Of a stretch of 64,000 nucleotides of DNA, positions 27,062 through 41,200 are shown one piece after another; position 1 is the first letter of the stretch; each line of letters begins with the position of its first letter. Below the pieces are notes generated by a model, which saw only the letters and a list, made by a program, of their open reading frames with translations, searched no databases and had not been told where the DNA came from. Source of the stretch: Verrucomicrobiota bacterium (lineage in GTDB: Bacteria > Verrucomicrobiota > Verrucomicrobiia > Limisphaerales > UBA8199); NCBI GenBank assembly GCA_039806935.1, contig JBDHQH010000001.1:6067-70066 (forward strand), written 5' to 3'. A program made the translations under genes and the position numbers.

Positions 27062-28089
27062 ACCGCAGACGCGCCATTTTCGACGCGCTCCCGCGACCGG
27101 CAGTCCTCCTCGTTGCCGCAGCGATGTTGCTCGGTCTGCTCGGAAAGTTGTCCGGCGCTGACGCGCCGCCGCCACCGACCGCGCCCAAGTTTGCCGAAAA
27201 CGTGGCGCTCCGCGAGCGGAGCGCCAGTTTCCGGCTGGAACCTGACGTGTTCATCCACCTTAACACCCCCTTGGAGCAAGACCTGGCGGGCAAACCTTAT
27301 TGCTTGGTGTTTTACGCTTTGCCGAACGGCAGCAACCTCGAGCAAACCCAAGGACGAGCGATCGCGCCGGGACAGGACTGGCGTCTGGACCTCCAGCACA
27401 TCGCGGCGCAAACGAGATTCCTGCGACGCTATTACACCAACGAATCGTTGGTGGTCGCGTCTTTGCAAGCGGGGACCAAAAGCTGGCCCGCCTGGCGCAA
27501 AGCCTATGGAGACGAGCGCATTCCCCCTCTGCTCGAGGCGGTGGAGCGGTGCTTTCCACAGCCCGCCGCGCATCTGATTCTGTCAGGCCACAGTGGCGGC
27601 GGAAGCCTGATCTTCGGGTATCTGAACACCGTCTCCAATATTCCCTCGCGCATCGAGCGCATCGCTTTTCTTGACGCAAATTACGGCTACGATCCCGCCC
27701 AGGGCCACGGCGGAAAACTCGCCGCCTGGCTGCAAACCGGCCCGCCCCACTATCTCTGTGTGCTGGCCTATAACGACGCCGCGGCCCTGTTGCATGGAAC
27801 CAATTTCGTTTCGGCCGCGGGGGGCACCTGGGGCAAGAGCCATGAAATGCTCCGGGACTTTTCGAACGTGTTCTCCCTCACCACCAACGCCACGACCCGA
27901 TACAAGGTGTGCGCCGCCCTGGGCGGGAGACTGCAGTTCATCCTCAAGGACAACCCCGAAAGGCTAATCCTGCACACCGAGCAAGTCGCAAGAAATGGGT
28001 TTATCCACTCGCTGCTGACCGGCACCCCATGGCAGGACCAGGGGTACGAGTATTTCGGACCGCGCGCCTATTCCGCCTTCGTGAAGTAG
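27058..28089 (+). CDS. Secreted alpha/beta-hydrolase-like protein of unknown specificity
   Basis: GTGA overlap with the metG stop. It has an N-terminal signal-like segment (PRPAVLLVAAAMLLGLLGKLSGADA) and a GxSxG-type nucleophile elbow in HLILSGHSGGGSLIFGY. Confidence 0.45.
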   Translation: MNRRRAIFDALPRPAVLLVAAAMLLGLLGKLSGADAPPPPTAPKFAENVALRERSASFRLEPDVFIHLNTPLEQDLAGKPYCLVFYALPNGSNLEQTQGRAIAPGQDWRLDLQHIAAQTRFLRRYYTNESLVVASLQAGTKSWPAWRKAYGDERIPPLLEAVERCFPQPAAHLILSGHSGGGSLIFGYLNTVSNIPSRIERIAFLDANYGYDPAQGHGGKLAAWLQTGPPHYLCVLAYNDAAALLHGTNFVSAAGGTWGKSHEMLRDFSNVFSLTTNATTRYKVCAALGGRLQFILKDNPERLILHTEQVARNGFIHSLLTGTPWQDQGYEYFGPRAYSAFVK

Positions 28090-28091
28090 CC

Positions 28092-28643
28092 TTATCCAGC
28101 ATCCGCCCCGGCCGACAACCCTTCCAGAGAGATTTCGACGATCATGTCCGCGGCGATTTTTTCGAGCTCCGCGCGCAAAGCCTCGAGCTCGCAATGGGCC
28201 GGAATCCCCAACCGAGCTCGGCCGTGAAACAAAGTCTGACCTGACATCGCGGCGCTGGAGCACTCGGTTTCCAGTTCCTCGACGTTCACCCCCGCCAGCG
28301 CCAGCACTCGTGAAATCTGGTTAATGATACCCGGACGATCCTGGCCCACAATGTCGAGCTCGCAGACGCTTGCCGGAGATCCGGCGGCACGATGGCTGTC
28401 CTCGTGAATGACCACGCTCAAGCCGCTGGCGGAAAGCCCTTGTAAATCAGCCAGCAGAGCGGATTCGCTCGGGGTGGGCACTTCGACCCGCAAAAGGCCG
28501 GCAAATTGGCCGCCGAGATGAGCCATTCGGCTCTGCAGCCAGTTGCCGCCCCGGGAGGCTATCGCCCTGGAAATCGCCTCGACCAACCCGGGGCGATCCG
28601 GCCCGATTACCGTCATCACGAACGTGCGCTTCATCACCTCCAC
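28092..28643 (-). CDS. Tandem ACT-domain protein, GcvR-like
   Basis: Two ACT-like repeats (FVMTVIGPDRPGLVEAISRAIASRGGNWLQSRMAHLGGQFAGLL and ELDIVGQDRPGIINQISRVLALAGVNVEELETE), with size similar to glycine-cleavage regulator GcvR. Confidence 0.6.
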   Translation of the reverse strand: MEVMKRTFVMTVIGPDRPGLVEAISRAIASRGGNWLQSRMAHLGGQFAGLLRVEVPTPSESALLADLQGLSASGLSVVIHEDSHRAAGSPASVCELDIVGQDRPGIINQISRVLALAGVNVEELETECSSAAMSGQTLFHGRARLGIPAHCELEALRAELEKIAADMIVEISLEGLSAGADAG

Positions 28644-28697
28644 CTACGCTGGAGTCGCTCCGGAAGCAAGGGATTCCCGCCAGAAACGGGAGACGTT

Positions 28698-29444
28698 TCA
28701 GGCCCGGTCTTTCAAGAGCGCCAGCGAACGGGCGCAGATTTCCTCCGGCGCGCCATCGGCCAAAACCGAAAGCAGCAATCCCCGTTGTCGATAGAAATCT
28801 GTCAGCGGCGCGGTGCTCCGCTCGTAAGCCTCCATCCGCACGCGGATCGATTCAGGCCGGTCATCCTCGCGTTGGTAGAGGGCGCCTCCGCAATGATCGC
28901 ACACCCCGGGCGTCTTTGGCGGGCGCGCCTCGATATGGAACACCGCTTTGCATTGGGAGCAGGTGCGCCGTCCGCTCAGCCGGGCGACAACCTGCTCCAG
29001 CGGCAAGTCGTAGCTCAGAACGGCATCCAATCGCAGATCCTCGCGGGCCAGAAGGTTCTCGAGCGCTTCCGCCTGCGCCACCGTCCGGGGAAAACCGTCG
29101 AGCAGGAACCCGCCTTCGCAACGCAGGCAGTTGACCCGCTCGGAAACCAGGGCCAGCACCGTTTCATCCGGGACCAATTCGCCGCGTTTCATATAATCCA
29201 GCGCCGCGCTCAGAGCCGGCGTGCGCTCACACGGATCCAGGCTTTTGGCGGCGCGAAAAATGTCGCCGGTGGAGAGATGACAGCCGCCGAGTTTTTGGCA
29301 GAGCAGTTCGGCCTGGGTGCCCTTGCCGACCCCCGGAGCCCCTAGCAGAACCAAGTGTTTGGCGCCCTTCTGGCCCCGCGGCGGGGGTTCACATTGCGCA
29401 CACCCGGATTGGATCCAGGCCTTTCGATCCGTGTTCGCTTCCAT
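28698..29444 (-). CDS. adk: Adenylate kinase (long, zinc-lid type)
   Basis: P-loop LLGAPGVGKGTQAELL, STGDIFR, LLDGFPRTVAQA, and lid cysteines CSQC...CDHCGG. A roughly 28-aa N-terminal extension is uncertain. Confidence 0.9.
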   Translation of the reverse strand: MEANTDRKAWIQSGCAQCEPPPRGQKGAKHLVLLGAPGVGKGTQAELLCQKLGGCHLSTGDIFRAAKSLDPCERTPALSAALDYMKRGELVPDETVLALVSERVNCLRCEGGFLLDGFPRTVAQAEALENLLAREDLRLDAVLSYDLPLEQVVARLSGRRTCSQCKAVFHIEARPPKTPGVCDHCGGALYQREDDRPESIRVRMEAYERSTAPLTDFYRQRGLLLSVLADGAPEEICARSLALLKDRA

Positions 29445-29542
29445 CGCGCAGAAAACTTAAACCAACCGCCTCGTGTACGTCACTTCTTTTATGATGATTT
29501 TTTGTTGATGCTTCTTCGCCGGGAAGCTGTACAAGATAAGAC

Positions 29543-30172
29543 ATGTTTTCATTGCGGAAGTTGTTGGGAAAACAAGATAAATTCTTCACTTTGCTGGAGG
29601 CCAGCGCCGAGGAGGCGCGCACCAGTGTGCAGGCGCTGGTCAAGTTGAGCAAAGATCTCGATAAACCGGTGCCCTTGGGGGAGTTCAGTTACTCCCGGCA
29701 GAAGGACAAGCAGATCACGCGGGAAATCAGAGCCGCCGTCTATAGCACGTTCGTCACGGCGCTGGAACGGGAGGATATCGAGGCGCTCTCGAACGCGCTC
29801 TATAAAATCCCCAAAAGCGTCGAGAAATTCAGCGAGCGCATTTTGCTCGCGCCTCAGCACGCCCGGGGCATCGATTTCTCAAAGCAAATTGACCTGCTCG
29901 AACGCGCCACCAATATCGTCCTCGAGCTCACCAAATCCTTGCGCAACGGCATGGATCTGGAGAAGAGCAAGGAATTGAACGACAAACTGCAGTTCATCGA
30001 GGGCGAAGCCGACCGACAAATGATGGCGCTCTACAAGGATCTCTTTGGCGGCAAGCACGAACCGGTGCAGGTGATTGTCCTGAAGGACCTCTACGAATTG
30101 CTGGAAAAGATCATCGATAAATGCCGCGATGCCGGAAATGTCATCGCGCAAATTGTCTTGAAAAACTCGTAG
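29543..30172 (+). CDS. DUF47/PhoU-like phosphate-transport accessory protein
   Basis: 209 aa and all-helical. It lies immediately upstream (4 nt) of a PiT transporter, which is the classic DUF47-PiT gene pair. Confidence 0.75.
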   Translation: MFSLRKLLGKQDKFFTLLEASAEEARTSVQALVKLSKDLDKPVPLGEFSYSRQKDKQITREIRAAVYSTFVTALEREDIEALSNALYKIPKSVEKFSERILLAPQHARGIDFSKQIDLLERATNIVLELTKSLRNGMDLEKSKELNDKLQFIEGEADRQMMALYKDLFGGKHEPVQVIVLKDLYELLEKIIDKCRDAGNVIAQIVLKNS

Positions 30173-31242
30173 CCGCATGGCGCTGCTGCTCGCGGTCATC
30201 CTGTTGGCCCTGATCTTTGAATACATCAACGGCTTCCATGACACGGCCAACTCGATCGCCACGGTCGTCTCGACCAAGGTGCTGACCCCGCGTCAGGCGG
30301 TGCTGCTGGCCGCCTGCACCAACCTGATCGGGGCGCTCTGGGGAACGGCGGTGGCCAAAACCATTTCCTCGGGGTTGGTGGACCCTCATTTGGTCGCGCT
30401 GACCTCGGGAGTCATTATTTGCGCATTGCTGGGGGCGATCATTTGGAACCTCATCACTTGGTGGTTCGGTCTGCCCTCGAGTTCGAGCCACGCGTTAATC
30501 GGCGGTCTCTGCGGCGCGGCCCTGGCGACCTCCGGTGGGGACTGGAGCGTCATTATCTGGTCCCGGCCCAGCCCGCAAAGTTGGTGGCTGGGCAACGGGC
30601 TGCTCTGGAAGGTGGTCGTCCCGATGGTCTTATCTCCGGTGGCGGGGTTGATGCTTGGTTTTGGGGTGATGGGGCTCCTGTACCTCCTGTTGCGCAACGC
30701 CCGTCCCGCGAGGGTGAACCGCTTCTTCGGCGTGGCGCAGATGTTCAGCGCCGGCGCGATGGGGCTGATGCATGGAACCAACGATGCCCAAAAAACAATG
30801 GGCATCATCGCGCTCTCGCTTTTGGCGGCCACCCAGGCCGGCACCCTTTCCGAACTGCCGGGGTGGCTTTCCTTCTTGCATACTCCGCCGCCGCCGCCAG
30901 GTCAATCTGTCGAGATTGCTCTCTGGATCAAAGTGGTCTGCGCGTTAACCATGGCGGCCGGAACCGCGGTGGGGGGGTGGCGCATCATCAAGACTTTGGG
31001 CCACAAAATGGTAAAGCTGCATCCGATCAACGGTTTCGCCGCCGAGGCAAGTTCCGCGGCCGTCATCCTCACGGCCACCAGACTGGGCATCCCGGTTTCG
31101 ACCACCCACAACATCGCGGCGGCCATCATGGGCGTGGGCGCGGCGAACCGGTTGAACGCGATCAAATGGCGGGTGGTCGAGCAAATGATCTGGGCCTGGA
31201 TCCTCACCCTCCCAGTCACCGGCACTCTCTCCTTTTGTTTCG

Positions 31243-34547
<3,305 letters not shown>

Positions 34548-34551
<4 letters not shown>

Positions 34552-35597
34552 GGCAGTCGGACGGCCTGGCCGTCGGCGAGTTGGTCCGCGTTCTCGATCA
34601 CCACCGCGGCGCCCGGCGCGAGGCCGGATAAAATCTCGATCTCCCCGTTTTCCCGCCGACCGGTCTTGACCAGGTGCAATCGGGCGCGCTGCTCCTTGAC
34701 CGCAAAAACGATTTCCATCTGGCCGCGCCGCACCACCGCTTCAGCGGGGACGCTTAAGGCCACGCGCTCACCCACGGGCACCAGCAAACGCGCGAATTGT
34801 CCCGAGAGCAGGCTGGAGTCTTCCGGCAGATCGAGTTGCGCCCGCACGGTGCGGGTCGTGGGGTCCGCCCAGGGCGCGAGCTCCGCCACCCGGGCGGTAA
34901 TTTTGTCACCGCCATCGCCCCACCGCACCGCTAGCAGCGCGCCGGGTTGCACCCGCGCGACTAGCGACTCTGGAATCTCGGCCTCCAGTCTGAGCCGGGC
35001 GGGATCCTCGAGCTCGAGCAGCAGCTTGCCCGGCCCGGCCAGATCACCCACGTCCGCCAGCTTGCGAGTGATGGCTCCGTCGAAGGGCGCCACAATTTCC
35101 ACATAGCCCAGCATCGCCCGGGCTTCTCCCGCGCCGGCCGCCGCCGCGCGCTGGCGCGATTCGGCGCCGTCATACTCCGCGCGTGTGGCTGCCTGCCGTT
35201 GATACAGCGCGGAGACCCGCCGCCACTCGCGCTCAGCCTCCTCCAGGCGGGCTTCGGCCTGGTCCAGCCGCGCCTTGATCTCAGGCGCGTCCAGTCTGGC
35301 CATTATCTGGCCCGCCTGGACCCGCTGCCCAAGTTGGATGGGCATTTCGGAAATCCTTCCGCTGACTTTCGCCTCAAGGGCGGCGCGCAGCCGCGCTCGG
35401 ACCGTCCCCACGACCTCCTCCGTGAGCCGGGTCGTCTTGCTGCTCGCCATTTCGACCCGCACGGACGCGGGTGGCAGTTCCGGAGTTGCCGCCGTTCGTT
35501 CGTCCGGCTTTCGCCCGCAACTGGCGACCGCCAGCGCCGCGATCAGACCGATCCAAAACCGGGGGTGCTTGCGAAAATGATTGCTCATGGGTTGCAA
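34548..35597 (-). CDS. RND efflux periplasmic adaptor (membrane fusion protein), lipoprotein
   Basis: Lipobox LAVASC, a coiled-coil hairpin region, and MFP beta-barrel-type segments. Its stop overlaps the RND start by 4 nt. Confidence 0.85.
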
Positions 35598-35601
35598 CGG
35601 T

Positions 35602-36927
35602 TCACTCAGGGGCTGAATTCAGTTGGGAGAGGCCCAGAGCCTTGCGCAACGCTGCCAAGGCGATGCGGCGATCCGCCTGAGCCTGGGCCAGGCGGGCGCG
35701 CGCGGCCACGAGCGCGGATTCCGCATCCATTAATTGAGTGGTCAACGCCGCGCCCTGCTCGAAGCGTTCCCGCGTCAATTCCGCGCTTTCCGTCGCGCTG
35801 GCGACTGCCTCCCCGGCGGCGGCAATCCGCTCTCCGGCGGTCCTTAAATCGAGCCGCGCCTGCTCGAGTTCCAGATCAATGGCCAGACGCAGTTTCCGCG
35901 TTTCCTCGCGGGCCATCTCCAGATTGGCGCGTGCCTCTCGGGCGCGGGCGCGCGTGAGATTGCCATCCCACGCCTCCCACTGGATAAGTCCGCCCGCCGT
36001 GTAGCTCATGCCGTCGCGGTCGAATTTCCAGCCGTAATCATAGTCGATCGCGCCGAAGGCGCTGACGCGCGGGAGGTAACCCGCCTTCGCGCCGCGGACC
36101 CGCTCCTCGGCGGCGCGTTCCCGCATCCGGGCCGCCGCCAACTCAGCCCGGCCCGAGACGTCCAGTGAATCTGGCGTCAACAGCTCCGGACTGCTCTCGG
36201 CGATGGCGAGCTCCCCTTGTTCAAGGCCCAACAAATTTCGCAGCGTGCGCCGGGCCAGCGTGTCCGCGCTTTCCGCCCTCGCCAACTCCTCGCGCGCCTC
36301 AGCCAGGCGAACCCGAAGATCCAGCACGTCGGTCTTTAGCAGGGTTCCCGCGTCCAGCCGCTGCCTGGCGACGACGAGATTCGTCTCCTGCGCGGCAATC
36401 GCGGCGCGAGCTACCCGGATGAATGCGCGCGCCTTTTCCGCCGTATGAAACACCCGCGCGACCTGCAATTCCAGATCGTGGCGCGCCGCGACCGCCTCCT
36501 CCCGGGCAGCCTGCCTCGACGACCGCGCCGCCTCGCGCTCCGCCGTGCTGCGCCCGCCCGTATAGAGCGGCATGGTCAGCAAGCCGCGAGTGTTGAGATC
36601 ATCCACATCAGGCACATGGTTGAAATCCAGCGTTTGCGAGTAGGCGCGCTGGTTGAGAATGCTGCCGAAAACCATCATCGGATTATCCGTGCGGGTGTAG
36701 CCGGCTTGCAGTTGCAGCCTGGGCCAGAAGGCCGCGTTGGCCTGCTCCAGACCGGCCTCGGCGGCGGCCACCCGCGTCCGGGCCAGATGAATGTCCGGGT
36801 TATTGGTCAAAGCCGTCTTCAGGGCTCGTTCCAGCGTCCACGGCTGGCCGGCCCCGGCGGCGTGACCACTCATGGCGGCACTCAGCATCAGGCCGGCCGC
36901 CAACCAGAGTTGTTTGCGTTTCCTCAT
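35602..36927 (-). CDS. TolC-family outer-membrane efflux protein
   Basis: Start chosen at ATG 36927 (MRKRKQLWLAAGLMLSAAMSGHA signal peptide) inside track ORF 35602..37035. It shows the duplicated TolC repeat pattern (LERALKTALTNNPDI, TDNPMMVFG..., coiled-coil arms). Confidence 0.85.
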   Translation of the reverse strand: MRKRKQLWLAAGLMLSAAMSGHAAGAGQPWTLERALKTALTNNPDIHLARTRVAAAEAGLEQANAAFWPRLQLQAGYTRTDNPMMVFGSILNQRAYSQTLDFNHVPDVDDLNTRGLLTMPLYTGGRSTAEREAARSSRQAAREEAVAARHDLELQVARVFHTAEKARAFIRVARAAIAAQETNLVVARQRLDAGTLLKTDVLDLRVRLAEAREELARAESADTLARRTLRNLLGLEQGELAIAESSPELLTPDSLDVSGRAELAAARMRERAAEERVRGAKAGYLPRVSAFGAIDYDYGWKFDRDGMSYTAGGLIQWEAWDGNLTRARAREARANLEMAREETRKLRLAIDLELEQARLDLRTAGERIAAAGEAVASATESAELTRERFEQGAALTTQLMDAESALVAARARLAQAQADRRIALAALRKALGLSQLNSAPE

Positions 36928-36941
36928 GAGGGCGCGCCGGC

Positions 36942-37172
36942 TCAAACCCTCTCTGAAGCTGGTGTTGGGTTCTTTTCGCAAGCCCCGCAGCGCCCCCCCA
37001 CCCCGGCCTTGCGAAGCACGATTTCCAGCGGACAAAATTTGGTGAAGGACGACTGCAGGAGATTAAATCCGACAAACGCCGTGAGCCATAACCACTTGGG
37101 GTCGTGGTAATGCGCCAGCAGCAAGCTGGCTAAAATAAATGTCCCGGCAAATCTGCGAATAATTCTTTCCAT
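36942..37172 (-). CDS. DUF2892/YgaP-like small membrane protein
   Basis: Start chosen at ATG 37172 inside track ORF 36942..37328. The 76-aa product reads MERIIRRFAGTFILASLLLAHYH...WLWLTAFVGFNLLQSSFTKFCPLEIVL, the pattern of YgaP-type TM domains. Confidence 0.55.
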   Translation of the reverse strand: MERIIRRFAGTFILASLLLAHYHDPKWLWLTAFVGFNLLQSSFTKFCPLEIVLRKAGVGGRCGACEKNPTPASERV

Positions 37173-37299
37173 CTCGAGTGCTCCATTCCCCGGCTGTTCG
37201 CCATTGAACCGCCGCCGCGCCCCGCGCGGACGTTTTGTCACTGGAATCGAGCCGCCCGCGATGAAATAGTTACAACGATTCCTCAGAACCATTGCCGCG

Positions 37300-38238
37300 G
37301 TGGCGCAAGCCTGCCAACCTTTGGACATGCGAGTGCGTCGTGTTGCCTGGATTCTGCTGCTCAGTCTGCTGGCGTTGATAATCGTGGCGGGCCTGGGGCT
37401 GGGCTCGCTCTGGATTTACCTTCATCCCCGGATTGAGCGGATCAACGCGGTCGAGTACGGCCAGCGAGGCGAGCAAAAGCTGACCCTCGACATCCTGCGC
37501 CCCGCCAAGCCCAATGGGTTTGGGATCGCCATGATGGTCAGCGGCGGTTGGAAATCTTTGAAACCAGGCGGCTTCCCGGCCTGGGTGGCGGCGCCGCTCC
37601 TGCGCCGCGGTTACACCGTCTTTGCCGTCTGTCACATCTCTCAACCGCGCGCCACGGTCATGGAAATCGCTCATGACGCGAGCCGGGCGATGCGATTTAT
37701 CCGCCACCATGCCGCTGATTACGGCGTGGATCCGCATCACCTCGGCGTGACCGGCGGCAGCGCCGGAGGGCACCTGAGCCTGCTTCTGGCAACCCAGGGC
37801 GGTCCCGGCCCGGCCGATGCCTCCGACCCCATCGACCGCGAGAGCAGCGCGGTCCAGGCGGTGGCAATTTTTTATCCCCCCACCGACCTGCTCAACCTGG
37901 GCGCATCTACCGAGAATCTCGGGGACGGGGGGCCGCCGAAAAGCTTCGTCAAAGCATTTGGCCCGCAATCCACCAATTTGGCGATCTGGAGGGTTACCGG
38001 GCGCGAGCTCTCGCCCATTTACTATGTCCACACCAACCAGCCGCCCATCCTTATTTATCATGGCGACGCCGATACTCTGGTGCCGCTGGATCAATCGGAG
38101 CGATTCCAGGCCGAGGCCCGGAAGGTGGGCGCGGTGGTGGACGTGGTCGTGCATCATGGCGGCGGCCATGGATGGTATAGCATGGTCCTGGACGTTCGCC
38201 GCTTCGCCGACTGGTTTGATCGCTACTTGCGCGAGTAA
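37300..38238 (+). CDS. Alpha/beta hydrolase (esterase/lipase fold-3-like), membrane-anchored or secreted
   Basis: N-terminal hydrophobic segment VAWILLLSLLALIIVAGLGL, nucleophile elbow GVTGGSAGGHLSLLLA, and a late HHGGGHGW. An alternative start is ATG 37327. Confidence 0.7.
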   Translation: MAQACQPLDMRVRRVAWILLLSLLALIIVAGLGLGSLWIYLHPRIERINAVEYGQRGEQKLTLDILRPAKPNGFGIAMMVSGGWKSLKPGGFPAWVAAPLLRRGYTVFAVCHISQPRATVMEIAHDASRAMRFIRHHAADYGVDPHHLGVTGGSAGGHLSLLLATQGGPGPADASDPIDRESSAVQAVAIFYPPTDLLNLGASTENLGDGGPPKSFVKAFGPQSTNLAIWRVTGRELSPIYYVHTNQPPILIYHGDADTLVPLDQSERFQAEARKVGAVVDVVVHHGGGHGWYSMVLDVRRFADWFDRYLRE

Positions 38239-41200
38239 TCGTCCGCTCCCCCGGAGTCGGCGGCCGGGAGCGGCAGGATCAAGGTAAATGTGCTCCCCTC
38301 GCCGACGAGGGATTCGACCGCCAGGCCGGCGTTCATTTTTTTGGCCAGCTCGTAGGCCATGGAAAGTCCGAGGCCGGTGCCGCGCCGGCTCGACAGGGCT
38401 TTGGTGGTGAAGAACGGTTCGAACAGGCGCGATACATTCTCCGGAGGAATTCCCGCGCCATGATCTCGCACCGAGACCATCAAATACCTCGCGGCCACCG
38501 GCGGCATGAGCGCCACTCCGCGCGGCAATTTCTCCAGGATGCCGGTCCGCAGCAACACCCGCCGATCCCGCGGCTTGGCCTCAGCCGCATTGAAAATGAA
38601 GTTGAGCAGGATTTGCTGAACAAAATCTTTTGAAACGGGGGCCGGCGGCAAATTCACCCCGGGGCTGAACCGCACTTCGACCTCGCGCATAAAACGATCG
38701 CCCAGAAGTTTGAGTGTGTCCTCGACGACGCCGTTCAGGTCGCCAAGCGGCAGTTGATCCGAATCGCGGCTGAAACCGAGCATCGCGCGCACCAATCCGG
38801 TTCCCTGATCGACCACCAGTTTGATCCGCTCGAGGCGCGTTTGGACTTTTGCGGCGTCGGCAAGGTTGTCTTCGATGATCTGCGCTGAGCCTTTGATGAT
38901 CGAAAGAATATTGTTGAAATCATGCGCCACGCCCGCGGCCAGCGTCCCCAGCGCGCGCATTTTCTGGCTCTGCAACAGTTCGCGATTCGCCTGCTCCAAC
39001 TCCGCCGAGCGTTCGGCCACCTTGCGCTCCACCTCCGCATAGCTGCGGACCAGGCGCAAGTGCCGATTGAGCGCCAGGCCCGCGAAAAAAAGGGCCAGCG
39101 CCGACCCGGCCGTGGCAATCAAAACCAGACGCGCTTCACGATACCAGGGCAGAATGACCGAGAACTCGATTTGGGCCGGAGTCGTTTCCACATTGCCGCT
39201 TCGATCCATGGCTCGCACCTGGAGGAAATGCCTCCCGCCGGCCAGGTCCGGCAGCGTCACGAAATCCGTCTCCGAGAAGCTGGACCAATCCCCGCTGTCC
39301 AGGCGGCGCGAAAACAAGAGCCGGTCCCGGGGGGTGTATTTCCATCGATCCCGTCCGGCAAAGCTGAACGTGACCGCGGCGCCTTCACGGAAAGCAACTC
39401 CGCCAGGGGGCGGATGGATGGTGGTGCGGGGTGGGTCCACATCCGCGCCGGGATGATACTCGCTCAGGCCGCGGGCGGTCGCGGCCCAAATGCGCCCGCG
39501 AGCATCTTCCTGCACGTCGCGAATCGCCGTCCCAGGCAACCCTTCGTCCACGCCAAACTCAATCCAGGTTTCTTTATAGAGCCGGAATAAGCCGCTGTTC
39601 GAGCCAAGCCAGACGCTGCCGTCGCGCGCCGAAACCAGGCTGTTGATGCGGTCGAAGCCGCCCCGGACGCTGCTCCAGACCTTCCCATCAAACGCCCAGA
39701 GTTGATCTCGAGTGGCGGCCCAAAGCCGGCCCGCGGCGGTCTCCGCAAACTCGATCACCGGCCCTGGCAGTCCGGACGGAGGGAAAACGCGCCACGCTCC
39801 GTTGCGCAGGCAGGCGATCTCCTCGGAATCCGTGCTGATCCAAAGGTCGCCGTCTCGCGCGGTGAAGGCGCGGAGGGCGTGAACTCCGGCCCCCAGGCCG
39901 CGAAGCGGGGGCAGTTTTTCCAGACGGACGCCATCAAAGCGCGCCAACTCCAGATCTCCCGGTTGCTCGGGCGCGCCGATTTCCACACACACCTGGCCAT
40001 CACGCAAAGCGCCCAGCGGACGGGGCCCGCGACTCCCGATCACTTCATCAAGCTCGCGATATTCCCGCCGCTCGGGATCAAACAACCAGGCGCCCTCGGC
40101 GCCCCAGAGTAACACCTGCCCACTGCTCAGGAAGCTGAGCTGCTCAGGCGGTTGCAGGGAGCGCAGACGATCCGGAAAGGAAACCTCCCCCGCCTCCTCG
40201 CCGCGCAGCCAATGAATGGCCCCGGTGGTGATGAACCAGAGACTCTCCGAACCGGAGGTCACTGCGTTCACCGGCGAGCTTATGCCCCGCAGCGCCAGCG
40301 GCGTCTGCCACGGCAGCAGCGCGTGGCGGAAAAGCCCGTCCGAGGTGGCCAGCCAGAAGTCCCCGCTTTTCTCGATCGCCACATCCCAATACTGCCGGGC
40401 CGATATCTCGTCGGCCTCGGCAAACCCCTTCGCCGCCGCGTCCCACCAGAGCAAGCGATCGATCGTGATCCCCCAAAGCGTCTGGCCACCGGTACTCCAG
40501 GCGTGCCGCAATCGGTCGCGCCCCGCCCCTTCGAGACGCCAATGCCCTGAGTTGTAATGCACGACCAATCTCTCCCTGCCGGGTTCTCCGGTCTCCCCGA
40601 CCGCCACTACGCCGCCCCGCTCGTCTTCGTGCGGTTCCAGGAGCGCCCGCATGGCGACATCCCCCGGCAACATAAAATGCTCCCATTCGCTCTCAGGTGT
40701 CAAACTCCGCGCCGGCAGCCGCGTCCGGCAAAAGCCGCGCCGACCGGCCACCCAAAGCCCCTCGTCCGAGGCGGCGCACATCCCGGTGAACGTCTCCAGG
40801 CCCGCCGCCGCGGCGGTCAGCAGCGGGCGAATGCGGCTTTGCCCGGCAGCATCGATGGAAAACTCGACCAGCGCATCCGAGAGCAACAGCAGCACGACGC
40901 CCTGCCGCACCGGCCACAACGGGATAGGATCGATCAGCCGCGGCGCGCCCTTTTGGAACTCGACGGCCACTTCCGGAACTGGATGAAAAGTCCAGACGCC
41001 GCTTTGATAAGCCTCAAGGCCGCCATCGCTCACCGTCCAGAGTTGGCCGGCGGGACTGCCGTACACCCGTCCGACACTCTTTTCCGGCGCCGGGATCACG
41101 TTGACGCCGTAGCCGTCCAGTTCGGTGATGCGAGGCAAATCGGGGTGCCGCACCAGCACTCTGCCCTGGGGGGTGACGCTAACCGCCAGGCAGGCAGACT

